In this document: in pieces, positions 13,498 to 26,000 of the stretch | How the letters are laid out: every line of letters starts with the position of its first letter | Numbering within the stretch: position 1 is the stretch's first letter | NCBI GenBank assembly: GCA_964199315.1 | Contig: OZ116699.1 | Span: forward strand, 15,004,001 to 15,068,000 | Origin: Orbicella franksi | Lineage: Eukaryota | Direction of reading: 5' to 3' | DNA length: 64,000 nucleotides | Notes under the pieces: generated by a model | Seen by the model: the letters and a program-made list of their open reading frames with translations, nothing else | The model's database searches: none | What the model was told of the DNA's origin: nothing | Translations under genes and position numbers: made by a program

Positions 13498-14699
13498 TGT
13501 AAAGAAATCATTCCCCAAGTAATTACTTAAATATAATAATTAATTCCTAAAGTAAATTCAAAACTAAACTATATTTTCAAATTCTTACATGAACTGGCAC
13601 TTCAAGTGGACCAACTTGATTATTTGCATTGTTACATCAAAATGTGACTCAGACAGTGCAAACCTCCCAGACTCCTGCAGTAAATATTTCCATTGTTTCT
13701 ATCCATAAAGTTGATTATGTACATGTAATCAGTGAGACAAAATAAACATTGGACTAAATACAGTCACCTAATGTTTGTTGCCAAATAATGGCAAAGTGGA
13801 ATTAAATTGAATGCGGCTGTCAGCAGGATCTCAATCAGTTTATGGAAGACATAAATGAAAACATGTCAAAGCACTACTGAGCTGTATGTATGAGCTTGAT
13901 ACACAGTGTTACCTGTAAATTATTTCTCCTGTATGCTGTTTCTGGGGTAATAATATCAGTCATCAAAATTTAATAGAAACTTTTACAAACTATTTGACAT
14001 GCCATTTTTTTTCTTATATTTGGGGAGATGGGGGGGGGGTGCAGGATTCTTAATATTGTCGGGAGTTTTGTATCTATGATGAATTGGATTCATAAGTGTG
14101 AGAATGTTTAGTATTTGTGACATGTTTACAGTTTTTATTCACAACTAATATTTAAAAATATGTAAATTCAATCTATTAGAGTTTAGCAAGTTCAGAGTGT
14201 TTTAAACAAGAGCACCTTTGTGAATAAAAAAGATGAACTTTAATAACAAAACTAGACAATGTATTTATGTTTTACATGTTAAGTATAATGCAAGGAAACC
14301 TGTACATGTAACTTACAGTTGACTTATTTGTAATATGTACAGCTGAATGTGTTTTTGAATGCTATTACTAAAGTCTAATGAATAATGTACATGTTACATA
14401 AAAATGATTATGTTATAATTGTAAAATAGCGTTTTCTTGGTTTGCTGTATTGACTTGACCTAATACAATCTGAATTTACGAAAGAACAAAAAACTGTAAG
14501 GAAAAAAAAGCAAGCATCACACTGCACACTGTACACGTGAATAAACATTAAGAGAAAAAATCCCTAACACTGCCTATCTGATTAAACGCTTTGATGTCTG
14601 CTTTACATGTAGACTCATTTACTTGCTATTTGTGTTTGAAGCAATGTTCTTTGAGGGCACTAGTAACTAAAGGGAATGTGTGTCTATAACAAAGGGGTT

Positions 14700-16440
14700 T
14701 ATGACCTATTTATTGAGCCACAGTTTACAAGATCTTTGTCTGCCTCCATGCTCTTCATTAATGTAAGTAAAGCACCACATGCGCCAAGATAACCCTGCAA
14801 GAAATAAAAAGGGCAACAAATTTACTTACAATGCAGCAATAAGTTTTCAGCTGTTCTAAAATGTGTCAGTTGTTGCATTTGGGTAGATCCTTGCCCAGCC
14901 AGTTTTCAACATACAACAGCTAAAATTTTTCTTAGTTTTGTTCTATTGAAGAACAGTTCTCTTCAATTTACGAAACACTTGACTTCAGTAGAGATTAAAG
15001 GCTGTTTTCCAGGGTCAAATTTACCATATATCTTAAGAGACTCCTTCATTCCAAGCTAGTAACTCAGTGTAAATGGTATCATCAACCACAGTTGTCAAAA
15101 GAAGCTGACAGGTGACAAAGATAACTGTTTACTTCATGATCTTGGCCAGTTCTCTGCTGGACTATTCCTGTAGTTCTTCCAAAAAGATGACAAACAGCCA
15201 CCTGCTCCAACACTGAAGCCGCCTACTTTAAAAAAAATTTTTATGAACAACCCTGATCAACTGAAGATACAGAGAATACGTTCATGTTTCATGCTCCTGT
15301 ATCACAATTTGCATTCAGTTCCACTAACCCTCTCTTTTGCGTGCTAAAGGTAAGGACAATCTTTTTACACATACCTCGTGTTTAAGATACAGCACTTTCT
15401 GGGTACCTCTTAACACAAAATCCATAGTAGAAGCAAGCAGCTTTGTAGCTAAAGTATTCCCACGAAGGAAGCTCCGAGCAAATAGCATGCAACTTGTTTT
15501 CTGCAATAGATGGTAATGCAGAAAATAATTTATGACAATCATTGTTGATCTTTCAACAATACCTCTGTTCTTGTTTCAGACTCTGCTGCAATCATCCATA
15601 ATAAGCATTTTACATGATATCATCAAGAGAGCTATGTCAGCAATTTTAACTACTTATTAACCAAGAGTGAGGTCTTTACAGGGAAATCTCAAACCGATCG
15701 ATCAGTCAATATGGCAAGGCCGAGGTTTGAGATTTTCCTGTTCAGATCAAACATTTGAGGTTAATTAGTTGTTTATTATATGGCTTTTCGTTTTGCTTTT
15801 GCAGGCCCGTAATTGGCCCGTGGTTATTATGGGAGAATAATGCCCCAGAATTAGCCAACCACAGCACGCAATTCCATCAAAGAGCCATTACTGAAAACTC
15901 TCATGCTCTGCGTTCAAGTTCCATAGGCCCACAATGTGTGCAAAAGACTTCAGTCCTTTGCACACTTTACATACCTACAACACGATTTCCTAGTACGATG
16001 GGACTGCGTTGCGTGCGAAGGAATACAGCTTCATAGCCCTCTGTACACACTGCTTACCTATAACACTATTGCCTTGCACCATAGACCTGCATTGCATGCA
16101 AAAGACTACAGCTACAAAGCCCTCTGCATGCAGTGCATACCTGCTCTCTGTTCATGCTGTGTACCTATAACAATACCACCTTGTACCATAGGCCTGCAAT
16201 GCGTGCAAAGATCTACAGCTTTATAGGCTGCTGCATGCATAACACAGAATGTGTACACAGCTGGGAAGCGTAATTTCCAAGTAGAAGCACTTACATGACT
16301 GGCAGCACATGTTTTTGCAATTATAGCAATGTTGTTGATTATGGTGAACATCAGGGCTCTTGCTAAGTCTTTGTTACTGACCAAGGATTGGCTCTGCTCA
16401 CAATACATCTTCCCAAAACTAGCGTGGAAAGTAAGATTGA
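14700..16440 (-). pseudogene. Decayed multi-exon gene of unknown family
   Basis: Exon-like segments with GTAAGT/GTATGT donors at 16294, 15374 and 14829, and CAG acceptors at 16441 and 14795. Translations look protein-like (WEYFSYKAACFYYGFCVKRYPES; LEQVAVCHLFGRTTGIVQQRTGQDHEV; GWARIYPNATT; HWLSWRMWCFTYINEEHG) but contain stops and frameshifts. Family not recognised. Confidence 0.35.
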
Positions 16441-16443
16441 CTG

Positions 16444-16656
16444 TTAGAAACTTAATGAATAATGGTGCTCTGCCCTAGCGTTGAGGGAAAGTACGTTCCC
16501 TAAAAGAGGGAGAGCTGTCAGGTGCGGACCCGGCGGCATATTTCTGAACTCGTCGACCACCATCAGGTAATGGAACATTAGCAGCAGAAGAAACAGAAAA
16601 AAGGCATTTTGGAGGCTAACACAGTTGTCAATCGTGGCAAACACTGGCCATGCCAT
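16444..16656 (-). pseudogene. Truncated cytochrome P450: N-terminal membrane anchor plus PPGP hinge only (70 aa)
   Basis: MAWPVF...NAFFLFLLLLMFHYLMVVDEFRNMPPGPHLTALPLLGNVLSL has the hydrophobic anchor, PPGP and LP(L/I)(L/I)GN signature of microsomal CYP2/CYP17-like P450s. Stop after 70 codons. No heme-binding FxxGxRxCxG found downstream before the NT5DC1 3' end. Confidence 0.75.
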
Positions 16657-17084
16657 GTTGTGGGATGAAGATTGCAAATACATCCAAAATCTGATAACTG
16701 CTTAACTCGCGTACTAGGCGACTACACGCTTGGAAGACACTAAGTATGGCTTAAAAACACACTGTGTACATTGTGTGCCAAATTTGGTATTAAAGAATTT
16801 GACCTAATTAGCCAATCATTGAACGTCAGTATTTGACCTCACTTGCGACGCAAGCATAAGCATAAGCATAAGAATGAGCTGCGACATAAGCATAAGTCTC
16901 TTTATGCTTACGCTATTAAGTGGAGACATGGTTGGCCTAAGCATAAAGTGCTCGCTGATTGTCTGAAAGTCTTTCACTTATAGTTAGGCGTGTGCCAGCC
17001 ATGTCCCCCCTGGACACAACAGCGACATAAGCCTAGCCTAAGCATAGGCATATTTTCATTCTTATGCTTATGTCTGGCCGTGTC

Positions 17085-18030
17085 TGGGGGCGCCATTTAT
17101 GACAAGATGATAATTAAATTCGCAAATATTCGTACCAGACAAAAATTATACGGATCAAAATAACAATATAGGCATTATAAAACCGATCTCAGTGTGTACG
17201 GTGTACGGCAATATATATTTTTACAATAACTGTCTGATTTCTCGCGCGCTGATTGGCTCATTTTTATCATCAATAAGAGTACAGACGGATTAAAATTTTA
17301 ATTTATGCAAGCTTTCAAGTTCAAATTTCAGCTGTCATACTGTCAACTTTTTAACCAATGAGATTTTATGGACTTTTTTAAGTAGCCAATCGAAAAGCGA
17401 GAAAAGCTATTGACAACGTTCGCGTCATTTTGAATAAAATTCACATATCTTTGTTGACAGTAAGTTTACGTGTCTTTTCCCCTGATTTATTCCCGGCATT
17501 TGACCAGTTTGGGGTCTTGTTATTGTAAAAAACAAATTGACGTCAGTTTTTTATGCGTCTGTCCTATTATTGATGAGAAATTTCGTCATAACATTGTCAA
17601 AGTTTACTGCGGAACCACTCGCCTGCGGCTCGTGGTTCCACAGCCACTTTGACAATGTTATGCCGCAATTTATCATCAATAAGAGGACAGACGCATAGAA
17701 AACTGACGTCAATTTGTTAATTGTACGGTTCATAACATAAATAGAGGATATTACATGTTGAACACGAGAAGATAAAATTCGTATCCACAAGCGGACATGT
17801 AATATTCTGTTTATTATATAAACATGCTAATGACGAATTTTTTTTACGATTTACTGAAGATTTCCGAACACCTTCCGAAGATTTCCGAAGATGCTCCAAA
17901 AGTTGCCCAGAGCACGGCCTGTATTTCAGACGCTGTGGAAGAATATTGATCGCTTTTTAGGGCGGGAACATCATCACAGCAGGGTCAGAATACTTCTTTA
18001 CCTAGACTGTCATAAATGGCGCCCCACAGC
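17085..18030. mobile_element. TIR element ggggcgccatttatgaca / tgtcataaatggcgcccc carrying two further repeats inside
   Basis: 18-bp perfect inverted repeats at about 17087 and about 18008. The internal 17720-17900 segment is an inverted relative of the repeat at 12360-12860. Confidence 0.65.
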
Positions 18031-18055
18031 CGTCCCTACCAGCGCGAAAGCTTTA

Positions 18056-19287
18056 CACCTTTTGCTGTTCATTTACAGAAAATATCCATTCATTTGAGTC
18101 CAAATTTGTTTCATTATAGTCAACATACTCTCATTAACACCAATATGACCTTCATTTGCGCGTAAGGAACGTTCAAGAATAGCACTTGCATATGTATTAA
18201 CATTCAAAATCAACAAAAGATAAACAATACCTTCCTTTGACATTCATTGGCTGTAAATGTATTTTCATTTTAGTCGAAATAAAATTCGTTGTCACGAAAC
18301 GAAAATCATTTACACTTTTGGACATTCCTTTTTCAACAAAAGACTTTCAATAACAGAATTTGCATGAGCACTCACAATCAATTGCATTATTATACAACCG
18401 TATCCGTGAAAGTGACAATCTTTAGTACGTTGAGACAGACACTACCGTGTTTCCACCTAACGTTAAGAGAAAACAATAGCTCATTAGTGTAATTCAGAGA
18501 TAAACGGAGAGAGATCGTGAACAGAGATATCGCGCCCAATTTTCCTCGAAAATTTGATTATAGAACTAGGGACCGTATGTACCTTTTTTTAATCGTATTT
18601 TCACAATCCTCCCCTTGCAGATATAAATTCAGCCTCTTACGAATCTTTTGCGCACAACTCAGAGGACGCACTACTGTATACATGTGATAAAGTGACAGTT
18701 AGATTTCCCCACAAATGCCACGAAGAAATAGAATCCCATTTGAACACAGCGAAAGGATAATCAGGGCCTAAATGTGGACAATGGTATCGTTTCATGCAAA
18801 CATATCTGCCACGATGCCTCAATAGTGAGGCAATTGAGGGATAGATCGTTCAGCAAATTTGATATTCTCTCTTCCAAAAATAAATGTTATTATGGCTGTA
18901 ATGTTTGTCTCACCGCACTTAAGATTGTCATCTTCATGGATATGGTTGTATAATAATGCAATTGATTGTGAGTGCTCATGCAAATTCTGTTACTGAAAGT
19001 CTTTCGTTGGAAAAGGAATGTTCAAAAGTGTAAATGATTGTCGTTTCGTGACAACGAATTTTATTTCGACTAAAATGAAAATACATTTACAGCCAATGAA
19101 TGTCAAAGGAAGGTATTGTTTATCTTTTGATGATTTTGAATGCTAATACATATGCAAGTGTTATTCTTGAACGTTCCTTACGTGCAAATGAAGGTCATAA
19201 TGGTGTTAATGAGAGTATGTTGACCATAATGAAACAAATTTGGACTCAAATGAATGGATATTTTCTGTAAATGAACAGCAAAATGTG
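18056..19287. mobile_element. Foldback-like element with about 390-bp terminal inverted repeats and TA flanks
   Basis: 18056-about 18445 is the near-identical reverse complement of about 18905-19287 (e.g. gctgttcatttacagaaaatatccattc vs gaatggatattttctgtaaatgaacagc). TA|CAC...GTG|TA. About 450-bp non-coding core. Confidence 0.85.
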
Positions 19288-20091
19288 TAGTTGATACTTA
19301 TACTTATGCTTCCCTCGCAAATGAAACCGGGCTTTTCAAAATGCTCCAACTGAGCTGTAGTGGTCCCCCCACGGTCGGCCCCCGAAGCGAATTTAAGACA
19401 TTTTGAGAGCTCCTGAAAGACGACAATCCGAAGCTTTTTGAAGTGACCAGAAAACTTTTATTGAGGTAAGCGAAACCAACTCGTATGGCTCGCTGGCTCG
19501 CTTAAAATAAGAATATTCAGCCTCGGCCGGACAAACAAACAAACAAGTGGCAAGCCTATTTAACACGTGATTAGTTTCTGGACGTGCGGAAAAGCTATTT
19601 AGGCTGTATTTTGGCTAAACCAGAGGAGAACTGTTAGGGACGCTAAAAGCGCTGTTGCGACGATTTTCTTTATATTAAAAACGCACCGAAATTGATTTTT
19701 ATGTTACCATTTATTATGTAGTTAAAGGATCTTTATAAGTATGTTTGCTTTCCTGTGTGTGAAGGCCGAATTCTAAGGAAATCTGCGAAGAAATATCTTT
19801 TCCTTCTTTTACCGAAAAATGCTGATGTCAGCATTTTTATTCGAGGTTAATTATCTCGGAAAAATGCCTGGCTACCCCTAGTTTTCTTTGTGGATTCCAA
19901 TAGTCCCTGCTAATATCTACTTTTTTCATTTGACGAAAACCGGTAGTAGGCATGGCACTGTCCTTCAGGCCGGAGGGCCTTCGACGCTGTTGGTATCCTA
20001 CGTCGTGTAGGTGACTATGAAAGATCAGACTTGTCGCCCAAAATTTACCCACAATTCTTGCATTCGCAGAGCCGATCACATGCGAAACAAG

Positions 20092-23000
20092 ATGTCGTCC
20101 TTTTCGCATTACAACGAAAGAGGAGTTATTCGAGATATCCATTCTCTTGCCGAGGTTATTCTCCTCGATCACTCTTACGCCAAACCGTGGTCTGCACATC
20201 CAGATGCTTCTAAAGTGCGTCCAGTGAAAACGTTGTTTCTGCCCAGAGAAGACGTAGAAAACTTGCCCTCGATATCCGATGATGAGGAAATCGATGTTTG
20301 TGAACCGGTCGCCTCCTCGTGCTCTACGAATATTATGTACGATACGGCCAAAGCTAAAGCAGTGATGGCTGAATGCGAGAAGTATGTGAGTACTGTGTCT
20401 AGTAAAAAGACTCCAGACACATGGGAAGAACAAATTTCGAGGTATGTTGTGTGGTTAATATTTCATAAAATATGCACGTGTTAAATGGTTGACAGCTTTT
20501 GACAAGACTAATTCGATCAACAAAATAGAAGATGCTTTTGAAAATTGTCATTTCCATTCTCAACCCCACAGTCGCTAGGAATAACTAAAGGAATTAGCAG
20601 GGTTTTCTTATTAGAGTGAATTCTTGAAGCAGATCGCTGAATTGAGGATGAAAAAAATTATGAGAAATACTAGTGGATTGTTTCGTGACAGATACCTACA
20701 TGTGCATTCGCTTGCCAGTGACTTACTTGTAGACGTATAGAATATCTTAAATCCGTGGTACTAACTGACAACAATAACAACAACATCTCTATTTTCTCAT
20801 TTATAAATATAAATATTAAAACATTTTTAGTTTTTGTGCTAAAATATACTCAAAACCTAATTAATGTGGATAGAACAGTTATCAGGAAGTCCAATTCATG
20901 TATGTATTTGTATCAAGTTCTAAAGTAACCAGTAGTCACTAGGGAGAAGTCATTATTTGTAGACAGCTCCGATGCTAACTCATCGGCAACTGCATTACAC
21001 TTAGAACTATTACATTTAAATGTTCAGTAGTCATTTAAATGAATTGCCATTAAATCAGCAATAATTTTCAAGATGTCATTTGATCTCGTAACAGGAATGG
21101 CTGGGGAACCAAGCAGAGTGTCTTGTTTGACAAAGTTACAAAAGTTCTCTCCAATTTGCGGCTAGCAAGGTTGACTTATGAAGGGGTAAGATTTTTCACT
21201 GACTGTCATTAGTAAAATTCTGCTAGGTACACTAATGCTGCTATCTGGTTGGCTGAGCTATGACCTATCAGAACACTAGTGAGTGTTTCTTTCAAGGGTC
21301 TATGGAATGATGGTTACTCGCGTAAATTTTATGTTCGGCATAAGGCTGAGAAGGAAGGCTGCTGTCAGTTTCAAGGGTCCAAAACATAACCATTTTATTG
21401 TGTTGTACCAGAACATATCCATACCTTCCCCACAGACAAGGCTGTGGTCCAAGAAAATTAAAAGGAGCCTGAAGGCTCCTAACCATGAGATCCTGGGTGC
21501 CCAGCACTTATGCTGATGTGAAAAGAATAAGTTTTTCCAGTAGTCTAAAGGCAAAAGTTAGTTGCCTTTGGCACCTGGGTGCTTAAACTAGAGCACAGAT
21601 TTTTGCTGTGACCTTCTCCCTCCTGAAAATGCCAGTCTACACTGTAGCTTCATACTTTTCTTCCACAGCTTCCAAATGAGCCAGTGATGAGACGAATAAC
21701 TACAGACAAGGCAACCAAAAGAACAAGACAAATTCTGAGTGAGACAGAATGGGTGAGTTTAGATTTGTATTGAATATCATGCACTGAAATGTTTAATGCA
21801 CCTGCTACACATGGTACATTTTGTTTTGAAGCCAACCATCAAAATAAAAAATGTGTTGCTTTTTAAAAACCTTTTGTACTGATGAGCGAAACATTTATTT
21901 TGTAATTAATTTTGATAACAAACTGCTTATTAACTGTGAGTGAGGTCTTTATGGGGAAATCTCGAACTGAGACCTTACCTTATTGACTGAGCGATAGTAA
22001 GGTCAATACAGCAAGGCTGAGGTTTGAGACTGAATGTCCATGGTTAATAAATTGTTTATTATTGGCTTTTTGCTTTGCTTTTACAGGCCTGTGATCGGCT
22101 GGCCTATGGGCATTATGGGAGAATAATGTCCTAGAATTGGCCAATCAGAGCATGTTTTATATCGGCCACAAACACAAGCGATATAATAAAATGCATGAAT
22201 GCCTTAGTTATTTCTACATACAAATTAATATGTTTGCACAATACTTTTAATACACTGTAAAGTTCACCACTGACATGAATAGTTACCTTTGAAATTATAC
22301 CCTGCTCAGCAGAAACCTCTATTAGATTAATGCAGACAGTAATTAAAATTTTATTTTCAATTGGTAATTTTTATTGTTAAAAATCTCTGCTAAGTAGACT
22401 GAATTTATAATGAGTTGATTGAAATGTAATGTCCATACAGAAAGGATGGTTTAAAAACAATATTAATATGTAAACTTGAGTTCAGGTTAGCGTGGTTACT
22501 TAATAGTTTAGGGAAATTTATAAATGAATTTATAAGTAAGTAAATCTAGTTTCACACATACTATGGTCTTCTCAGCGCGATTGAAAATAAATGGAAAATT
22601 TTGCCCACTGATAGACAGGTAAACACAGAAACAGAACTGGTACGAAAATGAAGAAAATCTTTCCAATGCTGCGCTGCACAAAATTATTGTCGAGAACAAA
22701 TTCCAACCACCCACCAATGAAAACCAAATCATTAGCAAGGGAGTGGAGCCTTCTGAAATCCAAAAATTATATAACTGGCCTTTCTCTATTACCAAAGATA
22801 CAGAGTTAAAAATGTTTTGAACAATTCAAGATAAACCACTATGTCATCTACACTTAAGACAAACCTAAAAGAGCCAACATAACATCTGATGATTTATGCT
22901 ATCTATGTAAAAGTGAACAGCATAAAATCCCGCATATGTTTTTTGAGTGCTCCCATGTAGCTTTATTTTGGAATGAATTTTTTGACTCGTGGTCGCAAGT

Positions 23001-26000
23001 CGCAAACAACATCAACCCCTAAGCTTGGCTTTGCTGGTGGCAAAATACTTTATTTACAAAGGTAACTTGAATGAATGATCTTTACTCTTCTCACTGTTTA
23101 AGATACAGCTTTGAGAAAACATAATGGCTGTAAGATACATTGCAATAAAAAACAAAACTACCATGCTCTTTAATGACCAATGGAAATGCCTTATATTAAA
23201 AGATTTTGTTCCAGAAATTTTGTCACCACCAACATCTCAATAGGATAAATTAATTTACCTACTTTGCGTCAATGTTCTCATGTTTTTTAAAATTTATAAT
23301 CAGTAGCACCTAATTTACATGTATACTGTACAGTGTTTGAAACTTGTAATCTTTTCCCTAGGATCCAAACTTAATGAAGTGGCTTCACAGTACTCTATTA
23401 GATGGCTTGAGTATTCCTCTTTTGGCTTGTTATCTTGATGTACTGCAGACCTTGAGAGCCAAGGTGAGAGTCTGTCCTTAATACTTGAGCAAATATTTTA
23501 CTGCATTGCAAACGCATACATGTACCATGTACACTCTATGTGTGTTTTTTAGTATTTGCTGAATGTTGTGAACTTGACATTGAGTGTGAGTGAAGTTGTC
23601 AATGGAGGGTTACCTGTATTGTCATCCTGGCTAGCCCTGCAACCTGGCAAAATGAACTAAATCTGGTATTGTAATTGGCTACCCTTGCGGGAAGGTGGTA
23701 CTTTCTTGCCCGCAACCGGTTACCCTCTGTTTCCTTCTTTTGTGCATTTTTGTGGGCCTCTACTGCTTCTTGGTTTTTGTTAACAGGCAAAAAAGAACTT
23801 AAGCTGATATCCAGCCATCTTGACCTCAGGCTCGGTCAATAATCTATACATCTGCCAGTGGCCCGTAAATGTCAGAGTTTATCCTGGTTTCCAGACAATG
23901 AAGTGTGAAGCAACTATTCCTTTTGAATGAAATTCTTGTTCCATCACAAGTTGAACCCCAGCATTTTGGCATGGTATTACATTATACTGTACCCATTATT
24001 TTACAATCCTGGGCCCAGGTGTTATCCAGTGGATAGCATTTTCTGCCCTTTGAACAACTGGAGCCTAGTTGGAGAGAGGTACTTTGAAAAGATAGTGTTT
24101 TGCCCAAGAACACAAAGCAGTTACACAGTTAGTGCTGGAATCAGCTTGACTGCTAAACCTACAGTTCAAGGTGGCAACCATAAGGGCACTGTTTCTTCCA
24201 CTTCACTGTGCAAAGAAGTAGTAATGCTGTACTCCTAGCTGCTTCATGTTGCTGATAATCCATCAGGCAGCTGTGATATCACTGATTGAAAGTAATTCAC
24301 TCTTAAATACTTGATAAAGAAAGCTCCCTTTTGCGGTACATGTGCTGAAAGCAATTTAGGCTGAGATTAGTTGCATCAGTCTGAACATATAACATAGTTG
24401 AAACAGCTTAATTTTGATTATTTTTCTTGTAGGTTCCAACTCTTGTTGATCGAATGCTTACACAGCCTTCTAGTCAGCGCCGTGGACTGGCAGCGAGCTC
24501 AGAAGCCCTTAGCTTGCTTCTCAAAAGACCTTGGGACCCGGCCCATGGACTGGTCACACAACATAAACAGGTACTGCCTGAGTTAACACCCTTTTATTGC
24601 TGCTACTGAGGTTAACATGCCACAGAGGTTTTAAAAGCTCTCATAACATACGTTGTGCATGTATTTTTTCAGGAAGAAATGTAGGGTGCTGGAAATGATC
24701 ATGAAATGTCTGTTTTATGGTTTATTAATTTATTACTGTTTTTGTTGCTGTTTCTTTTTGTATTCACTGTTTAGTGATGACTGTATCAGACCCTTTTTGT
24801 GCAGGGTTACCATGTTACTTGTATTTGTTTTTACAGAATGATGTGCACCTTTAGAAAACCTACTTATATTTTGTACTGAAATGCAGCCATTTCGAAATGG
24901 AATGGAATGAATATGAACCTATAGCTGACAATATTGCTGTCTTTACTTGATTACATGTATTTCCACTTCTAATAATGGAGGCTTTTGACAAACAATTACA
25001 GTAAGAACAAAAATAAATGAGCAATGATAATTTGAATGACATTTCGATGACTTATTGAAAATTCATTCAAAATTTTTATCGCTAACTCTTGTTCCAATTA
25101 TTTGCCACTTCATGCTAAAATTTAAAATCAGGTGACCTAACAGGCAAGGGAAGCTGGTTCTTTCTACCATCTAGACATGATTTGTTGCCTTTTATAACCA
25201 AACATTTTGGAAGGGCTGGGTAAGTTAAATCACAGTTTCAGTTATCACTTTTTTGTCTTAAAGCGAAAACTTCCCGGAACGCCTTTGCTGTTGGTCGTGC
25301 CAAGTGGTCCTACAACAAGTATCAGTTCTGGGACGTCATCCAAACGTGCTCGCTTCTGGCACAACCATCTGTCTGTCCTTGGCAAGGTTGTTCCTGTCAC
25401 TATGCACACAAGCAATGGAGGTAGTGGAGTGTCTATCAGTCAGTGTCTGGATCACATTATTGGTGCGGTTAGGATCAAAGTATTGGAGGTAAAAAAAATT
25501 TGTATTACTAATTGGTTACATTCAGAAATCTTTTTACAGGCAATATTCCTAGCAATATTCCTAGCAATATTCCTAGCCATGACAAATGCTTGTGTGGCTG
25601 GAGTGGTGGCCACTGGACTCTCCTTATAGTATCAGGGCTGCACATGTACATTGTAGTGTACATGTAGAAAGAAAAGAAAGTGCATATGAACTCGTCTGTG
25701 TTTGATGTTTCATATCAACCTAATTGTTTTCAACTTTGTTTTATTCTTCAGCTGAGGAGTCATTTTCCCAATCGTCCCATTATTCTGCTGGGTTGGTCAG
25801 TTGGTGCTTTAGTGTCCTGTCAGGTATGCAATTACAAAGAGGTTCAAAATTCAAGCAGGTCAACTGTAAGTTGTACACTGTACCATAGTTAAACTTGGCA
25901 TTTCTGTAAACTATGCCCTGTTTTTTTTACTGTTAGGTGGCATTGATGGAATCAGTGTGTGCCGTCGTGTGTCTTGGTTTCCCAATCACTGGTCTAAGTG

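Larger units (their letters stand above)
16838..19333. mobile_element. GCATAA-repeat MITE disrupted by nested insertions
   Basis: Left end cacttgcgacgcaagcataagcataag is approximately the reverse complement of the right end cttatgcttccctcgcaaatgaaaccgggctt (about 19300-19333). Confidence 0.55.

Noticed and set aside
19340-19370. tRNA gene (agctcagttggag A-box-like on the minus strand)
   Set aside because: No B-box or cloverleaf follows.
19837-20433. 198-aa minus-strand ORF
   Set aside because: Antisense shadow of KANSL3 exon 1 and its promoter; no domain-like features.
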